A stretch of 64,000 bases of DNA from Candidatus Omnitrophota bacterium (lineage in GTDB: Bacteria > Hinthialibacterota > Hinthialibacteria > Hinthialibacterales > Hinthialibacteraceae). The translations under genes and the position numbers were made by a program. This document shows positions 57,274 through 64,000 of the stretch, one piece after another. Where the stretch lies: contig JAFGTC010000130.1 of assembly GCA_016934335.1 (NCBI GenBank), forward strand, positions 431-64,430, read 5' to 3'. Position 1 is the stretch's first letter. Each line of letters starts with the position of its first letter. Under the pieces are notes generated by a model, which worked only from the letters and a program-made list of their open reading frames with translations, was not told where the DNA came from and did no database searches.

Positions 57274-58389
57274 TCATCCGCCGGACATTGCCCGGCGATA
57301 GACGTTCAATGTTTCTCTAGCGGCGCAATCCCACGAAAACTGTTTGGCGCGCTCGATTCCTTTTTGAGACCAGGCGTCCCGGTCGGAGGCCATCCACAGC
57401 CGGTTCATGGCCGCCATCCATTCGTCTTCTTCGTCCGAATCGATTAAAAGCCCCGCATCGCCTACGACTTCGGGAATCGAAGAATGCCGGGGAGCGATCA
57501 CCGGCGTTCCGCAGGCCAGCGATTCGAGGCCCGGCAGCCAGAATCCCTCATACGCCGGCGTCAGAATCGAAAATTGAGCGGCGGAGTAGTAGAGGCGCAT
57601 AACGTCCATGTCGCGCACGTAGCCTTCGAAACGGACATAAGGCTGGAGCTTCAGGGCATCCAGGGTTTCATAGATGTCGTCATAGAGCCATCCTTCCTTC
57701 CCCACAATCACCAGCGTCGCGCCGGGATTGAATCGCTCCCGCCAGCGCGCAAATGCGCGCAGCAGGAACGGATAGCGCTTGCGCGGCTCGAGCGTGCCCA
57801 CCGCCAGAATGAATCCCGGCTCCAGGGCTTTATCGTAGAGAAAGCGCCGCAAGCGCTCTGAATCCGGCTCGGGATAATAGGCCGGATCGGCGGCTTCATA
57901 AATGCGCGTGATTCGCTCTTCCGGGATGCCGAGCAGATTGACGACGTCGCGCTTGGTGTTGTCCGATACGGTTATGATATGGCGGGCCCGGCGGGCCATG
58001 ATTGGAACCAGGCTGTTCCAAATCAGGCGCGACGTCAAATCTTTCTGCCGGGGAAACAGCATCGGCGAAAGATCGTGGATCGTCAGAATCGACGGATTTT
58101 CATACAGCAGCGGAATGGCCTGCCCCGGGCTGTGCAGCAGATCGATTCCCTCGCGCCGGCATAGGGATGAGAGGCGAGTCTGCGCCCAAATATGGGTGCT
58201 GGCCGGGCCGCTCAGGATATGGCGCAGGCGGCTGGGCAAGCGCAGATCCTGCGGCAGGGGGCGGTTATAAAGCAGCGTGTATTCCTCCTCGCCGGGCTGT
58301 TTGGCCAAGGCGCGCACTAAATTGTCCGTATAAAAGCCGATTCCCGCCCGGGAGCGCGTCAGTATGGAGCATTCAATGCCGATTCGCAC
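57274..58389 (-). CDS. GT4 glycosyltransferase (MtfB/WbaZ-like)
   Basis: TIHDL, VGTLEPRK and YEGFWLPGLESLACGTPVI. Confidence 0.92.
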   Translation of the reverse strand: MRIGIECSILTRSRAGIGFYTDNLVRALAKQPGEEEYTLLYNRPLPQDLRLPSRLRHILSGPASTHIWAQTRLSSLCRREGIDLLHSPGQAIPLLYENPSILTIHDLSPMLFPRQKDLTSRLIWNSLVPIMARRARHIITVSDNTKRDVVNLLGIPEERITRIYEAADPAYYPEPDSERLRRFLYDKALEPGFILAVGTLEPRKRYPFLLRAFARWRERFNPGATLVIVGKEGWLYDDIYETLDALKLQPYVRFEGYVRDMDVMRLYYSAAQFSILTPAYEGFWLPGLESLACGTPVIAPRHSSIPEVVGDAGLLIDSDEEDEWMAAMNRLWMASDRDAWSQKGIERAKQFSWDCAARETLNVYRRAMSGG

Positions 58390-58604
58390 AGTATCTGATT
58401 CTTTCTTTAAGATCGTTATTCTTACTCGTCGATTATTTCAGAAAGTATAAAGAAGAGCGGGCGCGCTCCCAACCCCGGCAGCCGCCGACTCGTCATCGAT
58501 CCCCGCTTCTCATTGTCAAGAAGGAACTTTTCGACGATACTCTTACAGAACAAATGGATGCGCTTTTTATCGCAGTTTGAGCCAATAATACGAAAGTTTC
58601 GATT

Positions 58605-59525
58605 ATGCTGTTTACGATTCTCAATTTTTTCTTCACCGTCATCATCGTCATTCTTTTTGTCCGTTATTTTGTAGAAAAATATCGGTTTTATGGATTCGGT
58701 CCGATTATGGTCTCGGTCGTCACCTTGACCGAACGCCTTATTCGGCCTTTGAAGCAGATCGCTCCGAAAGGCGCTCATCGTTTGGAAGAAAATATGCCTT
58801 TGGCCGCCATCGGGGTGATCCTGGTCATCCGCGGCCTCGCGATTTGGGCGCTGGGATCGGGGCCGTTGGATGCGGCCGCCTTTATTCACCAGCAAAACAG
58901 CGGCGGCGTTTCAATCTTGAGCGCTATGGCGCTAAGTTTCAGCCAAGGGATCCTGCTGGTTGTCGAATTGTTGATCGCCTTCCTGTTCGCCAGCGTGATG
59001 GTCTCGCGGCGGGGGATCTCGATGAGCGGAAATGCGGGATTCATGTGTTTTCAAGAACGAACCTTCGCTGTGTTTCGGTGGACGCAGCAGTATTTCAAAA
59101 GCAACAATCTGATGTCCCTTTTTCTTGCAAGTTCCAGCCTGGCGCTCATTGCCGGTTCGGTTCTGGCGTCTCTGTTCAGTTTGACATTTTTCTATGGATC
59201 GTCGTTTTTCTATATGACGTTCATCGCTTATCTTTTCGATGTGCTTCTTGCGCTGCTGTATGTGTATTGGATGGTGTTATTGCTGGCTATTCTTTCTTCG
59301 TGGATCGGCGCGGATCAATTTAGCATCGTGGTGCAGATTGTTCGGGCCATGGCCGATCCTTATTTAAACATCTTCCGCCGCTGGATGCCCTGGGCGCGCA
59401 TTGATTTCATCGATCTTTCCCCTATTTTTGCGTTTTTGTGCCTGAATCCCGGGTTGGTCTATCTGCTGATGTGGATGCAGCAAATGGTTTTTCAGAATCT
59501 ACGCGGATCGATTCAATGGATCTGA
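58605..59525 (+). CDS. YggT family membrane protein (long form)
   Basis: Two YGGT-like units: LTERLIRPLKQI and ILSSW...DPYLNIFRRWMP...IDLSPI. Confidence 0.78.
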   Translation: MLFTILNFFFTVIIVILFVRYFVEKYRFYGFGPIMVSVVTLTERLIRPLKQIAPKGAHRLEENMPLAAIGVILVIRGLAIWALGSGPLDAAAFIHQQNSGGVSILSAMALSFSQGILLVVELLIAFLFASVMVSRRGISMSGNAGFMCFQERTFAVFRWTQQYFKSNNLMSLFLASSSLALIAGSVLASLFSLTFFYGSSFFYMTFIAYLFDVLLALLYVYWMVLLLAILSSWIGADQFSIVVQIVRAMADPYLNIFRRWMPWARIDFIDLSPIFAFLCLNPGLVYLLMWMQQMVFQNLRGSIQWI

Positions 59526-61091
59526 TTATCGATCGCTTTCGAAAATCTCATACGCCGCCGAACCGTCCGGATAATAGATCCTCTTGATCGGCTCCGCTTC
59601 AATCTCGCCGGCCGCCGCTACAAGTAGATTCCTGCCCCGCGCCAGGGTATACCAGCGCGCCGCGGTTCCGTATCGTCCATATCCGTTGTCGAAATCGGCG
59701 TACATTCGGACATAATGGGGAAAGGGTAGCACGTACTTTTTAAATTTTTCCGCTTCGAGGGGGCCGGGCTCGTAGTTCGTAAAACAGGCCAGCGCCACCG
59801 GGTGAAGTCGCACTTTGTGTGAAACGACGATTCGGTCGTACTGTTCTTTTTGGGAATCCACGAATTGCACCGCTTCCCGCAGCCCGTACTGCCACACCGG
59901 AGCGGAGCGGGCGGGATACTGAAAAACGGCGTCATAGGCGATATACAGAGCATTCGCGATAACCAGCGCGGCAATCGCTTTCCCGGCGCATCGCCGCCAT
60001 GGTTGGCTTTTTACCCGATTTAAAATCCATACAACGCCGATCGCGCTAATGATCTCGAGAAGAGGCATGCCGTTGATCGAGCGCAGGGGATTGGGCATGC
60101 TGAACGGATCGAAGCGGTCGTAGGTCATGCTGGATGGAATTGGAAATGTGAAAAACCAGGCGAGTAAAATCCAATCCATTTTATTGCGGCGACGGAGCAG
60201 AAAAACCAGGCCGGCGAAAAAAAACGGCAGCAGGACGAACAGCGCGAGTCCCCCGGCGAGCTGATGCAGTGAATTCGGATTGCCGCGCAGAAATAGAAAA
60301 TCGGGCGATAAATGCATGAAATATTGCTTTAAAAATAGTACGAATCCGTCGCCGCGATTGAAGACGGAGACAAAATTCCAACGAGCCTGCATGGCCTGGT
60401 AATTCCGGCTGAGTACGGCGAGATAGGGCAGCAGCCAAAGTACAAAAAGTCCAACGGCGATCGCGGCTTGCTTGGGCCGCCGCTTCACTGTTTTCCAATA
60501 AACAATCCATAGAGCCGTCATCAACATCGTCGACGACAGGCGCGCCACCGGATAGGCGTAAATCGTCAATCCCCAAAACGAGGCGGACGCCAGAAGATGC
60601 CGAAGCCGCTCGTTTTTCGTCCAGCGCAGGAATGCCCATAATCCTCCCAATTGGAGGGGAGCCAGCAGAATGGCCTCCCAGCCGATTCGGCTGTAATGGA
60701 CGTTCCAGGGAGAAACGGCGGCGAGCGCCGCCGCGATCAAGGCGGTTTTCCGGTCGGCGAACGCCTGCACAAAGAAAAAGGTCATCAAAATGGAAAGCGT
60801 TCCCAGCAGGGAGGAAGGCAGGCGGGTTGTATATTCGTTGATGCCGAAAAAGGTGGAGAACAGCCCGGCGTAATAGATATACAATGGCGGGCTGTATTCG
60901 CCCGATTGTTTGAAAAACAGCGGCCAGGACTGGCCGTGATGATCCATGCCGGTGCGATAAACCGATGCCCCGTCAAATACTTTCAGCAGCTCGTCCGAAT
61001 TCAAGGCGGGGGGATGCGTCGCCAAACCCGCCGCCCGGATTAAAAATCCGCCCGTCAACAAAAGAAGAAGAATTGTTCGCGTATGATTCAC
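59526..61091 (-). CDS. ArnT/PMT-like (GT-C fold) glycosyltransferase
   Basis: LNSDE acidic loop after TM1, PPLY, RLPS and SPWNVHYSR; polytopic. Confidence 0.82.
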   Translation of the reverse strand: MNHTRTILLLLLTGGFLIRAAGLATHPPALNSDELLKVFDGASVYRTGMDHHGQSWPLFFKQSGEYSPPLYIYYAGLFSTFFGINEYTTRLPSSLLGTLSILMTFFFVQAFADRKTALIAAALAAVSPWNVHYSRIGWEAILLAPLQLGGLWAFLRWTKNERLRHLLASASFWGLTIYAYPVARLSSTMLMTALWIVYWKTVKRRPKQAAIAVGLFVLWLLPYLAVLSRNYQAMQARWNFVSVFNRGDGFVLFLKQYFMHLSPDFLFLRGNPNSLHQLAGGLALFVLLPFFFAGLVFLLRRRNKMDWILLAWFFTFPIPSSMTYDRFDPFSMPNPLRSINGMPLLEIISAIGVVWILNRVKSQPWRRCAGKAIAALVIANALYIAYDAVFQYPARSAPVWQYGLREAVQFVDSQKEQYDRIVVSHKVRLHPVALACFTNYEPGPLEAEKFKKYVLPFPHYVRMYADFDNGYGRYGTAARWYTLARGRNLLVAAAGEIEAEPIKRIYYPDGSAAYEIFESDR

Positions 61092-61269
61092 AGCGCCTCT
61101 GTTCCTTCCTTAAGAATGCTATCATATTGAATTGTTGATCAATCATCAATTGATGGACGATCGATGGGATAAACGCTCTCCCGCTCGCTCTCTTCCAGCG
61201 GGGGGAGGGAAGAACACAAACCGTCAAATCATTAGCGCCTTCCTGTCGCCTTCTCAGACTGTATGAGAA

Positions 61270-62676
61270 ATGATGGAGCGGCGCGGCACAGGATTTCTCA
61301 TGCGTTACGAATGGTTTATCGCGAAACGATACTTGAAGCCCCAGGGCGGCGCCACCTTTATTTTTCATTTAACTCTGATCAGCATGGCCGGCGTGGCGCT
61401 GGGCGTCGCTTCGCTCATCACCGTCTTGTCCGTCATGAACGGCTTCGGCAACTACTTGCGATCCATTATGGTCGAGGTGGGCTCTCACATCGTCATGAAT
61501 TACGATTCCGCCGGGGGATTGAAGAACGTCGAAGAATTCATAGAAGAATTGGATAAAATCCCCAATGTGGAGGCTTGTTCGCCGATGATTCAATATTGGG
61601 GGATGATCCAGCGCACGAATTATCCCGGCGCCTCGCCTCAACTGGTCACCTTCATGGGCGTCGATCCGGATCTCGAGTCGAAGGTCACGGGGCTTGGCGA
61701 CAATATGATTGCGGGAAGTTTAGAGGGATTGAAGCAGGAAGTGCGCCCCGCCGCCTCTCAAGAAAAAGTGCGCTTGAGCGATTTGGTCGCCCGGGACGAC
61801 GGCGTGAAAAAAAATCCGGGAATCATTATCGGAAAAGAGATGGCCTATCTTTATTTCGGCGCTCAAGAAACGGATCGGATCAGCAAACAAGAGGCGTACG
61901 AATATGTGTTAGGGCAGAAATTGACGCTGCTCACCTATCTCAACGAGGGCGACTCCGTCACCGAGGGAAAGCCGGTCCAGCGAACTTTTGTAGTCGAAGG
62001 CGTTTTTGAAACTGGTCATTATCAATACGATTCTTCGTTGGTTTACATCTCTCTTCTTTCCGCGCAGGTGCTGCTTCAACTTCCGGAAGGGCGGGTCACA
62101 TCGATTCAGTTCCATTTATATGACCATTCCCAAAAAGCCACCAATGAGACGTTTGACGCCATAGTCGCGAAAAATCAGGAATTATTGGGCTGGTATGGCG
62201 GAGGGACGACCTGGATGAGCCAGCACCAGATCTTTTTCCGGGCGCTGGACATCGAGAAGCGCACCATGGATTACATTCTCAAGATCATTATTCTGGTCGC
62301 CACGTTCAACATTATCGCCACGTTGTTCATGGTCGTCACCGAAAAAACCCGCGACATCGGCCTCCTGCGCGCCATAGGCGCCGGGCGCAGAAACGTCATG
62401 AGCATCTTTATTCTGCTCGGCATCATCGTCGGCGCGCTGGGCGCGGTCTTCGGCGTCGCCGGCGGCTATACGATCTGCTCCATCATCCAGATTTTTCCGC
62501 CCGAACTGCCGGGCGACGGGCAGGTGTATTACTTGAAATACCTGCCCTGCGATATGGAGGCGATGGATTTCATCTGGGTGAGCGTCTATACGCTGGTCGT
62601 CAGTTTTTTGGCGTCCATCTATCCGGCGGTGCGCGCCTCGCGCTTTATTCCGGTTGAAGCGCTGCGTTTTTCGTAA
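61270..62676 (+). CDS. LolC/E (FtsX-like) lipoprotein-releasing permease
   Basis: FIAKRYL, GVALGV...VLSVMNGF, VATFNII...EKTRDIGLLRAIGA and YPAVRAS...PVEALR. The start may be ATG 61300. Confidence 0.9.
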   Translation: MMERRGTGFLMRYEWFIAKRYLKPQGGATFIFHLTLISMAGVALGVASLITVLSVMNGFGNYLRSIMVEVGSHIVMNYDSAGGLKNVEEFIEELDKIPNVEACSPMIQYWGMIQRTNYPGASPQLVTFMGVDPDLESKVTGLGDNMIAGSLEGLKQEVRPAASQEKVRLSDLVARDDGVKKNPGIIIGKEMAYLYFGAQETDRISKQEAYEYVLGQKLTLLTYLNEGDSVTEGKPVQRTFVVEGVFETGHYQYDSSLVYISLLSAQVLLQLPEGRVTSIQFHLYDHSQKATNETFDAIVAKNQELLGWYGGGTTWMSQHQIFFRALDIEKRTMDYILKIIILVATFNIIATLFMVVTEKTRDIGLLRAIGAGRRNVMSIFILLGIIVGALGAVFGVAGGYTICSIIQIFPPELPGDGQVYYLKYLPCDMEAMDFIWVSVYTLVVSFLASIYPAVRASRFIPVEALRFS

Positions 62677-64000
62677 GTGGAGGGGCATCTTTGAGTTGAT
62701 TCAACGAGGACGGCGCGTCGAGAAGATCGGAGACGACGATATGACCGTCCCGGATCATTGACCGCGCGGTTTGCGCAACGGCTTCATCCAGCGGCTGCTT
62801 GGAATGCGAAGAGACGCCCATCAAGCGCTCCAGGATTTCTTTCAATTCCGTATGATGGGGGTCGGCGCTGGGGTAATAAAATCCTTTGCTGCTGTCCTTG
62901 TGGATCAAGTTGACGCTTTGAAGATCATAGAGGCAGCGGCGCAGCCGATTGGGCGTAATCCCTTCTATTTCTTCCAACTGGGGTAGAGAAATCCCCTCCT
63001 GAAAGTCGCGGAAATGCCGGCAGATGTCTAAAAACACATATAACGATTGGATCGGCCGGTGCATGGTCAAAGAGGTGCGCCGCTTCAGTCGCGCCAGGTG
63101 ACGGGGATAATCCTGCACGGTTGTGGCGATCACCGGCCCGATCAGGAAGCACAGATAACTGTAATACAGCCAGCAAATAAACAGGGGGATGGCGGCCAGG
63201 GTTCCAAAAATGGAATAATAGCCTTCCGTACTCAGGACGTAATTCATGTAATAATCGAAAAGCACTTTGGCCGATTCCCACAAAATCGCGGAAAGAGCGC
63301 TGCCGATCAAAGCGGGTATCAATCGAACGTGCAGATTGGGCAGATAGCGATTGGCGACTAAAAAGGCGAACAGGGTGAAAATATACGAGATGCCGTGCCA
63401 GAATATCCACGACCCCCATTCGATCCGCATGAATCGAGAGACCGCCTCCGACGAAGCAAACTCGGTCGTGTAATAATAAGAGAGCGCCAGGAGCAGCGGG
63501 GTGATCGTCAAAAGGATCCAGAAAGCCAGAAACTGGGCGAAAAAGGTGCGCCTGTGGCGCACGGCCCAGATTTCATTGAACGCGTGCTCGATGCTGTTGA
63601 ATAAACTGACGCTGGCGATGATCAGCATGACCAAAATCACAAAGCGCAGTGATTTTGCTTTTTCCACAAAAAACAAAATCTCCCGTTTGGCGACTTGCAC
63701 TTCTTCATGCGTCGAGTCGGAAATCCCCGGCACGAAATGATCGAAGAAAAAATCGAAGACGCGGTTGCTGAAAATCTCTTCCTGCTGGCCGTCCATCCCG
63801 CTGATGGGCACTTTTTCGCTGGATGTGAAGGCGGATATGATAGTCAGCGAAATGGCCAGGATGGGCACCAGCGAAAGGATTGTCGTGTATCCGCAAACGG
63901 ACGCATGCGCCCAGACGCTCTTTTCGTTGACGAGCTTCCAGACGATGCGCAGGCTGTTGACAAAACGCACAGCCGCGCGGCTGAGACGAGTGGGCGTCAA
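62645..64000 (-). CDS. YihY/BrkB family membrane protein with a C-terminal wHTH-like domain, probably 5'-partial
   Basis: YTTILSLVP, IEHAFNEIW, LWESAK and IFGTLAAIPLFICWLY; runs to the window edge. Confidence 0.88.
   Translation of the reverse strand: MTPTRLSRAAVRFVNSLRIVWKLVNEKSVWAHASVCGYTTILSLVPILAISLTIISAFTSSEKVPISGMDGQQEEIFSNRVFDFFFDHFVPGISDSTHEEVQVAKREILFFVEKAKSLRFVILVMLIIASVSLFNSIEHAFNEIWAVRHRRTFFAQFLAFWILLTITPLLLALSYYYTTEFASSEAVSRFMRIEWGSWIFWHGISYIFTLFAFLVANRYLPNLHVRLIPALIGSALSAILWESAKVLFDYYMNYVLSTEGYYSIFGTLAAIPLFICWLYYSYLCFLIGPVIATTVQDYPRHLARLKRRTSLTMHRPIQSLYVFLDICRHFRDFQEGISLPQLEEIEGITPNRLRRCLYDLQSVNLIHKDSSKGFYYPSADPHHTELKEILERLMGVSSHSKQPLDEAVAQTARSMIRDGHIVVSDLLDAPSSLNQLKDAPPLTKNAALQPE

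Noticed and set aside
61176-61207. CTCTCCCGCT...AGCGGGGGGAG hairpin upstream of lolC/E
   Set aside because: Single imperfect copy between divergent genes with no U tract; I cannot assign it as a terminator or a repeat family from this window.
1-64000. CRISPR array, transposase, integrase or prophage genes
   Set aside because: I saw no regularly spaced repeat-spacer series and no recognisable transposase, recombinase or phage protein motifs.

Overview
Gene-dense, moderately GC-rich chromosomal segment from a diderm bacterium (lolD, lolC/E, lipoproteins, O-antigen-ligase-family genes). An uncultured lineage such as Ca. Hinthialibacterota, Sumerlaeota or Omnitrophota is my inference, not a proven assignment. 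It holds about 52 CDS. Housekeeping genes include folD, recD2, sbcD, ftsY, maf and galT/galE/galK. A surface-glycan modification cluster at 2.1-12.6 kb has two B12-binding radical SAM enzymes, and a second glycosylation cluster lies between split lolD and lolC/E genes. There is one tRNA-Ala(CGC) and a clear cobalamin riboswitch with its promoter and attenuator. I saw no transposase, integrase, prophage or CRISPR array. The best candidate for a new system is the B12-riboswitch operon at 40.4-43.8 kb. It encodes a secreted protein with tandem transcobalamin-like (DUF4430-like) domains, a secreted beta-repeat protein and a type IV pilin-like protein, with no BtuB, BtuFCD or ECF genes. The two secreted proteins share a short C-terminal (S/T)G(I/V)xxWxxY tail. 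A 36-bp palindromic repeat is translated in the same frame inside the cleavable leaders of genes 2 and 3. Also notable: an apparently catalytically dead GH-A enzyme inside the gal operon, a degenerate HD-GYP protein, and a perfect 11-6-11 inverted repeat upstream of ftsY. All family calls come from motif recognition by eye; no searches were run.
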